A DNA stretch of 64,000 nt from Candidatus Electronema sp. JM (GCF_048287415.1 NZ_JBLWEN010000001.1:88790-152789); one strand, 5' to 3'. Positions 49,057 to 58,539 are shown, counted from the stretch's first letter. Numbers and translations: made by a program. Notes: generated by a model from the sequence alone, not told the origin.

Positions 49057-50525
49057 TCCTTCATTTTTTTCACCGGCAGGCTGATGAAAAACGCCGCGCC
49101 CTGCCCCTGCGCACTCTCAACCGTGATTGCGCCACCGTGCTTGGTGATGATCTCGCGGGTCACAGCCAAACCAAGGCCGCTGCCCTTGCCAACTTCCTTG
49201 GTGGTGTAGAAAGGATCAAAGATTTTCTCCATATCCACTGCCGCGATGCCGGGGCCGTTGTCGCGCACTTCAATACGGAGCAGCCCTTCCTCTGCCGCGA
49301 TGCCTGCTTTGAGCAAAATCTGCCCTGCGCCGTCCAAGGCTTGCGCTGCATTGCGGAGAATATTGATCAGAGCCTGCTGGAGCTGCCGCTTGTCAGCGCA
49401 GAAGAGGCCGTCCTGCGTGATTTCAGTGCGGAACTCAAGCGTGTCCGGGATGTCGCCTTTGACCAATTTGCAGGTCTCGCGGATGAACGCGCCCAGCTCC
49501 AGCTCTTTGGGCCGCACTTCGCGGTCATGGGCGAACTCCAGCAGAGAGCGGATGATGTTCCGCGCCCGGTCTGTTTCCTCGTCTATCTGCGCGGCCATTT
49601 CAAGCAGAAAGTCGCTGTCCGGCAGGTTTGCCTCCTGCAATTCTTCCAGCAGTATCTGCGCCGAGGTGCTGGCGTTGGAAAGCGGGTTGTTCAGCTCATG
49701 CGCCACGCCCGCCACCAAAGTGCCGACCGCCGCCATCTTTTCGCTCTGGACGAGCTGCTTCTCGCGCTTGTCTAAAATCTCCATCATGTGACAAATCGCC
49801 TTGCTCACCGCCTGGATTTCCACCGGATCAGCAGCATCTTCCCAGCAGGTGAAATTGCCTGCGGCGATGCTGTGGGTGTAATCCACAATATGCTGAAGCG
49901 GCTGCACAATCAAATTGCGCATCTGCCTGCCAAGAAGCAGGGCCATGCCAGCCACAGCAGCGACAAGGAGCAGTCCGGCAACTTTCAGGCGGGCCAGCTT
50001 CCGGTCTATCGCCTCGCGGATGTTCCGGTTCATCGCCCCAGACAGATTCACCAGCTCCTTGCCTGCGCTGCGGATGGCCTCCTCATTCAGATGACGGCGA
50101 TTCGTCTGAAAGAAGGCGAATTCCGCATCCATGAGCTGGCGATAGCGGAACAGCTCGTCCTGCAAGCGCACCTTAGCCTTGCGGTCTTCCCCAACCTGCT
50201 TTTCCCGAAGCAGCATGAAGGCATTCTCAATCTGCGCTTGGTTCTCAAGGAACTCCTGCTGCTCGCGGTACAGGAGCCAGTTCTTCTCATAACGGCGGAT
50301 TTCCAGCACGGTGTCAGTCAGGGCGGCGACAGACTCCAAGGTGGAGACGCGCTGGCGGATGTCGGCAAGGCCCACAGCCACCATGAGGGTGATCGTGGCG
50401 GCCAGCAGCACCATCAGGCAGTAGCCAAGCTGGATGCGCCGGACAAGGCTGTTCGGTAGACGGCTGATAATGGATTGCATAATGCAATAGTGCTCTCTGA
50501 AATGCAACAGCCCTTGCAGGCCCAA
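49026..50525 (-). CDS. Sensor histidine kinase (two TM segments, HAMP, HisKA, HATPase_c)
   Basis: The H-box is VAHELNNPLSNASTSAQIL and the G-boxes are DNGPGIAAVDMEKIFDPFYTTK...GSGLGLAV. It is a paralog of the kinase at 58536. Confidence 0.85.
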   Translation of the reverse strand: MGLQGLLHFREHYCIMQSIISRLPNSLVRRIQLGYCLMVLLAATITLMVAVGLADIRQRVSTLESVAALTDTVLEIRRYEKNWLLYREQQEFLENQAQIENAFMLLREKQVGEDRKAKVRLQDELFRYRQLMDAEFAFFQTNRRHLNEEAIRSAGKELVNLSGAMNRNIREAIDRKLARLKVAGLLLVAAVAGMALLLGRQMRNLIVQPLQHIVDYTHSIAAGNFTCWEDAADPVEIQAVSKAICHMMEILDKREKQLVQSEKMAAVGTLVAGVAHELNNPLSNASTSAQILLEELQEANLPDSDFLLEMAAQIDEETDRARNIIRSLLEFAHDREVRPKELELGAFIRETCKLVKGDIPDTLEFRTEITQDGLFCADKRQLQQALINILRNAAQALDGAGQILLKAGIAAEEGLLRIEVRDNGPGIAAVDMEKIFDPFYTTKEVGKGSGLGLAVTREIITKHGGAITVESAQGQGAAFFISLPVKKMKDNTLNPSCDL

Positions 50526-50726
50526 GCAGTCTGACCTTTTCTATGCAATCGGGCCAGACTGTTGCCTCTTGCAGCAGCGGCAGGCTGACAGGCTGAATCC
50601 GCACCTGCGCTTGTCAGCGTATATCAAGGCATTGCTGGCGTTTTTCTCAACTGGCACAGACCTTGCATTAATTAAACCAAGTGTACTCGGAACTTCCGCT
50701 TTTCACCACATACAAGGAGAAAAATC

Positions 50727-50912
50727 ATGAAACTCGCCTGCACGCTCCGCTGTCTGCTTGAAGAAACCTTTGCCGCCGCCGCTTTTGCTGAAGAAGGCCA
50801 GCATGAAACCGCACGGGAGCTGCTCCGCAAGGAGGAGGCCGAGCGGGCCGCCCGCCGGGCTGCGTCAGTCGGCGGCGACTGCTGCCTGACAGCGGCAGCC
50901 CCTGCCGCATGA
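50727..50912 (+). CDS. Small 61-aa protein with an ETFAAAAFAEEGQHETAREL motif. A second 30-aa paralogous ORF follows at 50910..51002 (MKSAVKGIKMQLNSLLRLLAKTFAEEGGHK).
   Basis: The two adjacent small ORFs share the core LL..TFA(A)EEG.H and sit upstream of the TauE/TIGR02186 pair. RBS-like GGAGAAAAATC precedes the first. Confidence 0.3.
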   Translation: MKLACTLRCLLEETFAAAAFAEEGQHETARELLRKEEAERAARRAASVGGDCCLTAAAPAA

Positions 50913-51341
50913 AGTCAGCAGTCAAAGGAATAAAAATGCAGCTCAACAGCCTGCTCCGCCTGCTGGCAAAGACTTTTGCCGAGGAGGGCGGGCATAAATG
51001 AAGGGGAGCAAAGCACGTGCTGCAGCTGCTCCGCCAGCAAAAGAAAGCAGCCTGCCACTCTCGCCGCCGCCATCTGACACCAGCGCGGCTCAACTCGGCA
51101 CTCTTCTGTTTTTTTCTCGCAGCATCCTAAAAATACGGCTGTTTCAGCCTGCCGTGTTATTTCAGCGTTCTTCCTGCTGAAATAATGTGTCAGGCTGCTG
51201 TTTTCCTCTTTGCTTCCGCCGCAGAATTGAGTAAATAACTCCCGCTGAAGCTGCGTGCGCAGCACTGTCTGCCAGTCTGCGCCGCAACCTGCTCTGCCTG
51301 CAAACAAATTGAACCACTTCAACATAAAGGAGAGACCAACG

Positions 51342-52265
51342 ATGTACATGTACCTGCCTGTCGCCCTCACCAGCGTGAACTTCCTGCTGGTGTCGGGCAT
51401 CGGATTCACGGTCGGAATGCTGTCCGGCCTTTTCGGCGTGGGAGGTGGCTGGCTGATGACCCCCCTGCTGATGATGATCGGCATTCCGCCCACCATTGCT
51501 GCGGGCACGGACGCGAACCAGATTGTGGCCGCCTCCACCTCCGGCATGTACACCCACTGGCGGCTGGGCAATGTGGACTACAAGATGGGCATCTGTCTGC
51601 TCATCGGCAGCTTCCTCGGCGGCGCTTTCGGCGTGCAGGTCATCAAAGTGCTCACCGCCACTGGCGGCGCGGACTTCCTGATCAAGATCACCTACGTGCT
51701 CATGCTGGGCATAGTCGGCTCCTTCATGTTTGTCGAGAGCCTGACAGCGATGAAGAAGGCCAAGAGCGGCGAGGCCAAGCCTGCCGCGCCAAAGGACAAT
51801 GCCAAGAAGAGCCTGATCATGCGTCTGCCCTTGCAGACCACCTTTGAGAAGTCCGGCGTGTCCTTCTCCGCGCTGGTGCCGGTGGGCCTTGGCGCCTTTG
51901 TCGGCCTGCTGGCGGCGATCATGGGCGTGGGCGGCGGCTTCCTCATGGTGCCGGTGATGATCTACATGCTGCGCATTCCGATGCACGTGGTGGTCGGCAC
52001 CAGCCTGTTCCAGATCCTCTTCACCTGCATTGAGGTGACCTTCCTGCAAGCCTACTACAACCGGACTGTTGACTTCCTCCTCGCCCTGCTCCTCCTGATC
52101 GGCTCGGTCTTCGGCGCACAGATCGGAGCGAAGCTGGGCCGCAAGCTGCACGGCGACCAGCTCAAGATCCTCCTTTCCGTCATCGTCCTGTCCGTGACCG
52201 TGAAGCTGGTTTTCGACTTGATACTCCAGCCTGCCAACCTGCTTTCCTACGCTGGAGGACATTGA
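51342..52265 (+). CDS. TauE/SafE (DUF81, TSUP) family anion exporter
   Basis: It has two internal repeats with GxGGG motifs (LFGVGGGWLMTPLLMMIGIPP ; IMGVGGGFLMVPVMIYMLRIP). The start is at MYMYLPV, preceded by AAGGAG. Confidence 0.8.
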   Translation: MYMYLPVALTSVNFLLVSGIGFTVGMLSGLFGVGGGWLMTPLLMMIGIPPTIAAGTDANQIVAASTSGMYTHWRLGNVDYKMGICLLIGSFLGGAFGVQVIKVLTATGGADFLIKITYVLMLGIVGSFMFVESLTAMKKAKSGEAKPAAPKDNAKKSLIMRLPLQTTFEKSGVSFSALVPVGLGAFVGLLAAIMGVGGGFLMVPVMIYMLRIPMHVVVGTSLFQILFTCIEVTFLQAYYNRTVDFLLALLLLIGSVFGAQIGAKLGRKLHGDQLKILLSVIVLSVTVKLVFDLILQPANLLSYAGGH

Positions 52266-53029
52266 TCATGCGCATGATGAAAACAGCCCTGCTCGCAGCC
52301 GCCGCGCTCGCGCTCTCCGTTCATGCCGCCGCTGCGGCAAGCATTCAGGCCGCTCCGTCGGACATCAAAATATCCCTGTTCTACCACGGCGCGGCTGTGG
52401 AGGTCAAAGGACAGGCTGCGCCGGGCGAGGACGTGCTGGTCAAAGTCACGCCCTCCGAGCAGCATGAGTTCCACCTCAAATACAAGGGCAAGGCCGCAGG
52501 CATCTTCTGGATGAAGCTCGGCACCTTGGTGTTTGAGAACCTGCCCAGCACCTATCTGCTCGCCTCCTCCGGCCCGGTTGACAAGGTGCTGGACGCGGAG
52601 GCGCGGACTGCCGAGAACGCGGGCTTGGACGCTTTGCAGAAGAAGGCGGTGATCAAGGCGGAGAAAGGCGCGATGCCTGCTGGCGACTGGTTCGGCCAGT
52701 TCCTTGATTTCAAGAAGAAGGAGAAGCTCTACAATGTTGAGGAAGGCACGGTGAAGGTCGGCGCGGACGGCAGCTACAGCTACACGCTGGCCTGGCCGTT
52801 CCAGGCTCCTCCGGGCAGCTACAAGATTGAGGCTGTCACCGCCAAAAACGGCAAGGTGACAGGCCACGCCGAGACAGCGCTCACGGTTGAGCTGACCGGC
52901 ATTGTCGCCCTGCTGGCTAAGATGTCCGCTGACAACCGCACGCTGTACGGCATCATCTCCATTGTCGTGGCTGTCGCCGCCGGTTTCGGCGTGGGCATGA
53001 TCTTCAAGAAGGGCGGCGGCTCGCACTGA
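52262..53029 (+). CDS. TIGR02186-like periplasmic/TM protein, the usual DUF81 partner
   Basis: It has a signal peptide and then a soluble domain. The C-terminal TM is IISIVVAVAAGFGVGMIF. It overlaps the TauE stop by 4 nt. Confidence 0.5.
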   Translation: MIMRMMKTALLAAAALALSVHAAAAASIQAAPSDIKISLFYHGAAVEVKGQAAPGEDVLVKVTPSEQHEFHLKYKGKAAGIFWMKLGTLVFENLPSTYLLASSGPVDKVLDAEARTAENAGLDALQKKAVIKAEKGAMPAGDWFGQFLDFKKKEKLYNVEEGTVKVGADGSYSYTLAWPFQAPPGSYKIEAVTAKNGKVTGHAETALTVELTGIVALLAKMSADNRTLYGIISIVVAVAAGFGVGMIFKKGGGSH

Positions 53030-53060
53030 GCATTTCGTTCGGGACGACGCAGCATGTTCA

Positions 53061-53094
53061 GGGGCAGGCCGCTGGTCTGCCCTGTTTTTATTTG
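53061..53094 (+). terminator. Intrinsic terminator after the TIGR02186-like gene
   Basis: The hairpin GGGCAG-gccgctggt-CTGCCC is followed by TGTTTTTATTT. Confidence 0.75.
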
Positions 53095-53208
53095 CGCACC
53101 GCCGTGCTTGCAGGGTGATTGCGGAACAGGCGGAAAATTGGTTGAATGGGCAGCGTGGCCACGTAGGGGCGGCTCGCGAACCGCCTCCTACTATGCTGTG
53201 AATCATGC

Positions 53209-53293
53209 TTGCACTATAGTGGAAGCAGCCATTGCACTACAGTGGAAACCTCGGTTGCACCATAGTGCAAACATCGGTTGCACTATAGTGCAA
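53209..53293. promoter_or_regulatory. Array of four 16-bp palindromic sites (TTGCAC-NATA-GTGCAA) at exact 23-bp spacing, about 120 bp upstream of the ROCO start
   Basis: Units start at 53209, 53232, 53255 and 53278. Units 3 and 4 are perfect palindromes. Units 1 and 2 have the half-site variant GTGGAA. Confidence 0.8.
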
Positions 53294-53412
53294 CCGCAAG
53301 CCACAGCCTGCTGGCCGCTTGGCTGCGAGGAAGCTGCAAGTATCCGAGCCATGCTCGAAGGCATTGCAGGGGCACCCTTAGCACAACCACACACCCACGG
53401 AGGAACGAGGCG

Positions 53413-55434
53413 ATGAGCAAAGAAGAAGCCTTGCAGCTAATTAAAGAGGCTGCGGAGACAGGGGCAACGTGGCTTAATCTCTTTAATCAAGGATTGAGTG
53501 AAATACCACCTGAGGTGTTTGCGCTTAAGCAGCTCACCTATCTTGGTCTCACTCATAATCGTCTCGCCTTTCTACCGCCAGAACTGTTTGAGATGAAGCA
53601 GCTCACCCAGCTTGAACTCAGCGACAATTGCCTTATCTCATTACCGCCTGAGGTGTTTACACTCAAACAATTAACCTTGCTTAACCTCATTCGCAACCAC
53701 CTTGTCACCCTACCGCCAGAGATTAATCAACTACCCAAGTTAAAAGATATTTGGTCTTTCGATAACCCCCTCGTCTCTCCTCCTTACGAAATAGCTATCA
53801 AAGGCATCTCAGCCATACGCGAATACTTCGCTGAAATGGAAGGCGAGAGCAAGGAGCTGGCCGAGGTCAAGATCATCCTTGTGGGCGAAGGCGCATCGGG
53901 CAAGACCTCATTAGTCAGGCGGCTGCGCGGGGAGCAGTTCGACCCGCACGAGCCAATGACGCACGGCATCAGCATCAACAAATGGCGGCCCGCAAGCGCA
54001 GGCCAGCTGCCCTGCTGCAATGTCTGGGACTTCGGCGGCCAAGAGATCATGCACGCCACGCACCAGTTTTTCCTTTCCCGCCGCAGCCTGTACGTCCTTG
54101 TCCTCGACAACCGGCGCGACGAGCGGCCCGAATACTGGCTGCGCTACATCGAAACCTTCGGCGGCGATTCGCCGGTCTTAGTGGTGCTCAACAAGCAGGA
54201 CATCAATCCCGGCTTTGATCTCAACCGGCCTTTTCTGCACGAGAAATACCCGTTCATCAAGGGCTTTTGGCCGCTTTCCTGCCACAGCGGACAGGGCATG
54301 GCGGCATTCACGCAAGCCTTGCACGAGGAGTTAGACAAGGTGCCCTTGAGCAAGAACCGCTGACCCGCAACCTGGTTCCGGGCAAAGGAAAAGCTGGAGC
54401 AGCTGCACGAGCCGCGCATCAACTACGAACGCTTCGAGCAAATCTGCCTTGAAGCCGGGGTGAAGGGCGCGACCACGCAGCAGGTCTTGGTGGATTTCCT
54501 CAACGATCTGGGCACGGTCATTCACTTTGATCAATTTGAGCTGAACGATCATCACGTCCTTAATCCGCAATGGGTGACAGAGGCGGTGTACAAGATCATC
54601 AACGCGCCGTCGGTGGCACATGCCAAGGGCCTGCTGCACGTGGATGCGCTGGCGGACATCTTAGCAAAGAAGAAGGACAGCGAGCATCGTTATTATCCCG
54701 CTGATCACCATTACATCATCGAGCTGATGAAGAAGTTCGAGCTGTGCTATCAAGTGGGTGAGAGCGAGGTGCTGATACCGCAGCTTTTGGCCGTGCCTGA
54801 GCCTTCCTTCACCTTTTATTACAGCAATGCCCTGCGTTTTGTTCTCCATTATGAGGACTTCCTGCCGCCGTCTGTCATGCCCCGCTTTATTGTCAATCGG
54901 CATAAAGAGATTCAAGGCGAACTGCGCTGGCGCAGCGGCGTTGTCCTGAAGAATGCGCAGCTTGATGCCAGCGCGGTGGTGCGGGCGGATGACGAGGCCC
55001 GCCGCATTCATATCGCTGTGACCGGCAAGGAGCGCAAAATCTTCCTCGCCCTGATTTGGCTCACTCTGCGGGAAATCAATGCGGGCTTTGAAGGCTTGAA
55101 GGTCAGCGAGCGCGTGCCCATGCCGGATGAGCCGGAACGCAGCGTGGATTACGAGACACTTCTCAGCTATGCGGAACAGGGCTTGGAAAAGATTATCCCC
55201 GAAGGCACGAAAAAGGCATATAGTGTGAAAGAGCTGCTGGAACGGGTGCATTTCGCCAATGAAAGCGAGGGCAGGCAGATGCTGGCTTTGGCTGAGGGTG
55301 AACGGAAAGGCGGAGCAGTGAACAAAACAGGCGCCGCATTGAACACCATGTTCAAGCTGGAGCCTTCAGTTTTTGGCGTGGGAATCAACCTCAATGCGAT
55401 GTTTGACGCTCTGCTGAAATGGCAGAGGAAGTAA
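53413..55434 (+). pseudogene. ROCO-type signalling GTPase (LRR - Roc/Ras-like GTPase - COR) interrupted by a single in-frame TGA at 54361..54363
   Basis: There are LRRs at 53413 onwards. The Roc P-loop is ILVGEGASGKTSL, with DFGGQE and NKQD motifs. After the stop, the same frame continues (PATWFRAKEKLEQLHEPRINYERFEQICLEAG...) into a COR-like approximately 320 aa. The tool ORFs 53278..54363 and 54460..55434 are in the same frame. Confidence 0.8.
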
Positions 55435-55545
55435 GCCCGCAACCGCTTGGGCCTGAGAATCCTAAGTGCTTGGGATTTTGGCCGAGGCGTTGCTTTGAAT
55501 AACTCGCGCAGCTTATTGGCTGCTCTGAAGATAAAGAAATCTGCA

Positions 55546-55785
55546 ATGAGATGCGTATGCTGCGGAGGGCCGCTCAAAAGCGGCACAGTGACATTCAGCT
55601 ATGAGGATGAGGAAGCATACATCTTTGTTGAGCATGTTCCGGCTGATGTATGCAGTCATTGCGGCGAGAAAGTGTATTCCCCGGCTGTTGCGGACATGCT
55701 GCTGGATATCGCTCAAAGGAAGAGCGAGCCAGTCAAGATGCTCCATATCCCTGTTTATGATTTTGCTCAAACGAAGAGAACATGA
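55546..55785 (+). CDS. YgiT-type zinc-finger protein (MqsA N-terminal-domain-like, no HTH)
   Basis: It has two CxxC pairs (CVCCGG...CSHCGE) spaced as in the YgiT/MqsA zinc ribbon. Its stop overlaps the next start (ATGA). Confidence 0.55.
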   Translation: MRCVCCGGPLKSGTVTFSYEDEEAYIFVEHVPADVCSHCGEKVYSPAVADMLLDIAQRKSEPVKMLHIPVYDFAQTKRT

Positions 55786-57314
55786 CTCCACCTGTCGGCC
55801 TGGCCAAGCACGAGCAGCTGCAAGCGCTTGCAGCTCAATACGGCTGCCCTGTCCTGGAATACAGCGAGAAGGTCAGCGTGCCGTTCCTCATCCTCATTCA
55901 GCTCAATGCGGAGCAGCTGCGGCAGGAAGGCTGGCTGCCGCTACACGTCACGGAAGAGAAGGTGAAAATCCTCACGCACCGCGCCCCGGACGAGGTCGCC
56001 GCCGCTGTCCGCCAGACGCTGGGCGAGGTGGAGCTTGATTTTGTCCTCACTGTGCCGCATGACTTTATCCGGGTCTTTGAGCACAGCTGCGATCTCAACC
56101 CCAGATTCCCCATGCCCGCAGGCCGCACGCCGCTGGCCAGAGTGCGCACTTACTTCGCAGGCCGCCGCTCGCTTTTCGCGCACTACCGCACCTTGATGGC
56201 CAAAAGCCGCACCGATCTGGCCACCGTCCGCACCGCGCTGTCCTTCATGACCATCGCCCTGCTCGGCGTGCGGGTCTTCGGCCTGGGCACGCTGGCAGTG
56301 CTGGAGCTGCCGCTCTTTCTCCTCGGCGCATGGGTCTGCGTTGACAGCATCGTCAGCTACCTGCCTGCCCGCCGGGTGAAAAGCCGTCTGCCCGCCTGCT
56401 CCGGCACCACGCCGACCAACGGCACCACAGTCTTGGCGGCCTCGAACGCGGAGGATTTCCCGCTCTTCCGCCGCCTGCCTGAGACACCGGGCGCAGCCGC
56501 CTTGCGGGCAGGCTGGACCAAGCTCACCCCGCTGATGCGCCGCCGCTTTCTCGCCAGCGACCGCACCGACATGGCCGAGGAGCGGACAACGCTGGCCTGC
56601 CTCCGCACCAAAATGGCGAAGGCGCGCACCGGCCTGGCTTTTGTCCGCACCGGCCTGGCCTTTTTCTCCCTCGGCTTCGGCCTGATGCGGGCCTTTCCCG
56701 AAGTCATTTATTGGCACATCTTAGATGTGAGTTTGATGGCCGCCGGAATCCTCATGGCACTGGAAGGCTTCTTCTGGTATAAAAAAGGTCGGCCTGCGGG
56801 CGAGGAAGGGCAGGCTTCGGTGGAGAAAGCGAACAAGGCGGGCACGATCTGGGATTTCTTCTTCCCGCATGTCGCGGCCTGCCCCAGCCCCAATCCCCTG
56901 CAAACCCCGCCAGTGCGCCGCTCGCACGCGCCGGGCCTCTGGGCGACCACAGGTCTAGCTTTGGAGCGCACCGTCTTAGCTGACCGCCGCAATGTCATGG
57001 CGCGGCTACGGACGGTCATGGCCCGCTCGCGCACGGGCATGGCCTTCATCCGCACCGGCCTGAGCATCCTGCTGATCGGTGTCACCTTCTTGGTCTCCTT
57101 CCCGGATGCGGGCCTGCTCTGGCAGCTGCTCGACTGGTGCCTGATCCTCGGCGGCTCCGTCTTAGTTGCGGACGGCTTTTACTGGACGGTGCCTGCGGAG
57201 CGGAAACGGACGGAGTTCCCCTACTGCTTCGCGGATTTGGAAATAGCTCTGGCGGATTACGGCATTCCCTCCCGCCATTGGCGGAAGACGGTGTTTTATC
57301 GTGCAAGCAAGTAA
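55782..57314 (+). CDS. T2SS-E N-terminal (GspE_N/MshEN-like) domain fused to three DUF202 (YidH-like) membrane repeats
   Basis: The N-terminal approximately 110 aa resemble the GspE N-domain (AAQYGCPVLEYSEKVSVPFLILIQLNAEQLRQEGWLPLHVTEEKVKILTHRAPDEVAAAVRQTLG). Three blocks follow, each [RT.LA..RT.[LM]A..RT.LA..RTGL + hydrophobic helix]. Confidence 0.65.
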   Translation: MTPPVGLAKHEQLQALAAQYGCPVLEYSEKVSVPFLILIQLNAEQLRQEGWLPLHVTEEKVKILTHRAPDEVAAAVRQTLGEVELDFVLTVPHDFIRVFEHSCDLNPRFPMPAGRTPLARVRTYFAGRRSLFAHYRTLMAKSRTDLATVRTALSFMTIALLGVRVFGLGTLAVLELPLFLLGAWVCVDSIVSYLPARRVKSRLPACSGTTPTNGTTVLAASNAEDFPLFRRLPETPGAAALRAGWTKLTPLMRRRFLASDRTDMAEERTTLACLRTKMAKARTGLAFVRTGLAFFSLGFGLMRAFPEVIYWHILDVSLMAAGILMALEGFFWYKKGRPAGEEGQASVEKANKAGTIWDFFFPHVAACPSPNPLQTPPVRRSHAPGLWATTGLALERTVLADRRNVMARLRTVMARSRTGMAFIRTGLSILLIGVTFLVSFPDAGLLWQLLDWCLILGGSVLVADGFYWTVPAERKRTEFPYCFADLEIALADYGIPSRHWRKTVFYRASK

Positions 57315-58539
57315 CGAGACGCTCCTGACGGCCTTGGCCCGGAAGGGCGTTCTGCCGGCAGAGACGCTGGCGGAGATTGAGCAGGCCGCCACGCTGCGCG
57401 GGCTGGCGCCTGCGACGCTGCTGGTCTATGAGTACAATGTGCCGCGCGTCACGCTGCTGGAGGCCTTGGCTGAGATTCACGCCTGCCAGCCGGTGGAGTA
57501 TGATGAGCGGCTGCCCATCCCGCCGGACTTCCTGCCCAAGCTCTCCGGTCCGGCCTTGCTGAAGGAAGGCTGGTTCCCCATCTTCTTGGAGGAGGACGGC
57601 ACTGTGACGGTCGCCGCCTCCAACCCTGCCGCGCCGGGCCTGTGCGCTTCGGTGCGGCAGACGCTCGGATGCAGCAATGTGGTCTGCATGGTCACCCTGC
57701 CGGAGGACGTGCAGTGGTTCATTCAGGATTATCTGCACGCGCCGCCCGGCCTGCTTATCGGCACTGAGCGCACTGGCCTGGCCTATTGGCGCAACACCAT
57801 GGCCCAGTGGCGGACGCTGCTCGCCTGCTGCCGCACCGACATGGCCAAGGCGCGCACAGCACTGGCCTTTGGCCGCTTTGGCCTCTCGCTGATCACGGTC
57901 GCCATGACCTTGCTGCGCCTGACTCCGCCGCGCCTGCCCAAGCCTGCGGCCTTCCTCCTCCTGGCTTTGGGCCTGCTCTGCAACGGACTGGGCGTGGCGG
58001 TGTATCTGCGGATCCGCCGCTCGCAGCTACGCCCGCCCGGCAGCCAGACGATCATGGAAGTGACTGCGGCCACCATCTCGTTCTTGGAGCAGTACCATTT
58101 CCCGGAAGAGCTGAAGGGCAGCCTGCCGCCGCCGCAGACCGGCGCATCCATGCTCGCCCGCCTGGGAGAGCTGCTCGCCGACTACTCGACCATCCTTTTC
58201 CCGGCTCCGCCCAGCCGCGAGCGCACGCATCTGGCCCGTGAGCGCAACGTGCTGGCGGCCCAGCGCACGGTGGCTGCTTGTTACCGCACCATCTATGCCC
58301 GCGCCCGCACTGGGCTGGCCTTCACCCGCACTGGCGTGAGCTTCTTCAGCTTTGGCGTGGGCCTGATCCTCTATTTCGGCCTCGGCCTGAACACCATCTT
58401 TGATGCGCTGCTGATTGCCGCAGGCCTGCTGATGATCACCGACGGCCTGCTCTGGTATCTGCCGGTGCGCAAAGAGCAGGCCGAGCTGCCGCGCTCGCGC
58501 AGCGGTGCCCTGGCTGGCTGGGAGGATGACGACGAATGA
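57301..58539 (+). CDS. GspE_N/MshEN-like domain fused to two DUF202 membrane repeats (paralog of the upstream gene)
   Basis: The N-terminal region (LLTALARKGVLPAETLAEIEQAATLRGLAPATLLVYEYNVPRVTLLEALAEIH...WFPIFLEEDGTVTVAASNP) is followed by ERTGLAYWRNTMAQWRTLLACCRTDMAKARTALAF and RERTHLARERNVLAAQRTVAACYRTIYARARTGLAFTRTG. It has a GTG start that overlaps the upstream gene by 14 nt. Its stop overlaps the kinase ATG. Confidence 0.6.
   Translation: MQASNETLLTALARKGVLPAETLAEIEQAATLRGLAPATLLVYEYNVPRVTLLEALAEIHACQPVEYDERLPIPPDFLPKLSGPALLKEGWFPIFLEEDGTVTVAASNPAAPGLCASVRQTLGCSNVVCMVTLPEDVQWFIQDYLHAPPGLLIGTERTGLAYWRNTMAQWRTLLACCRTDMAKARTALAFGRFGLSLITVAMTLLRLTPPRLPKPAAFLLLALGLLCNGLGVAVYLRIRRSQLRPPGSQTIMEVTAATISFLEQYHFPEELKGSLPPPQTGASMLARLGELLADYSTILFPAPPSRERTHLARERNVLAAQRTVAACYRTIYARARTGLAFTRTGVSFFSFGVGLILYFGLGLNTIFDALLIAAGLLMITDGLLWYLPVRKEQAELPRSRSGALAGWEDDDE

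Noticed and set aside
53209-53293. Sigma-54 promoter reading of TGGAA...TTGCA within the palindromic array
   Set aside because: The GG-to-GC spacing is off by one relative to the strict -24/-12 geometry. The dyad symmetry fits operator sites better.
53278-53412. ORF-track start of the ROCO gene at 53278, overlapping the operator array
   Set aside because: The N-terminal extension is translated from the palindromic array and has no RBS. The ATG at 53413 with GGAGGAACGAGG upstream matches the paralog stub and is the real start.
54361-54363. Selenocysteine reading of the in-frame TGA in the ROCO gene
   Set aside because: I see no convincing SECIS-like hairpin directly 3' of the UGA, and this is not a position where a catalytic Cys/Sec would be expected. 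A nonsense mutation or sequencing error is more parsimonious.
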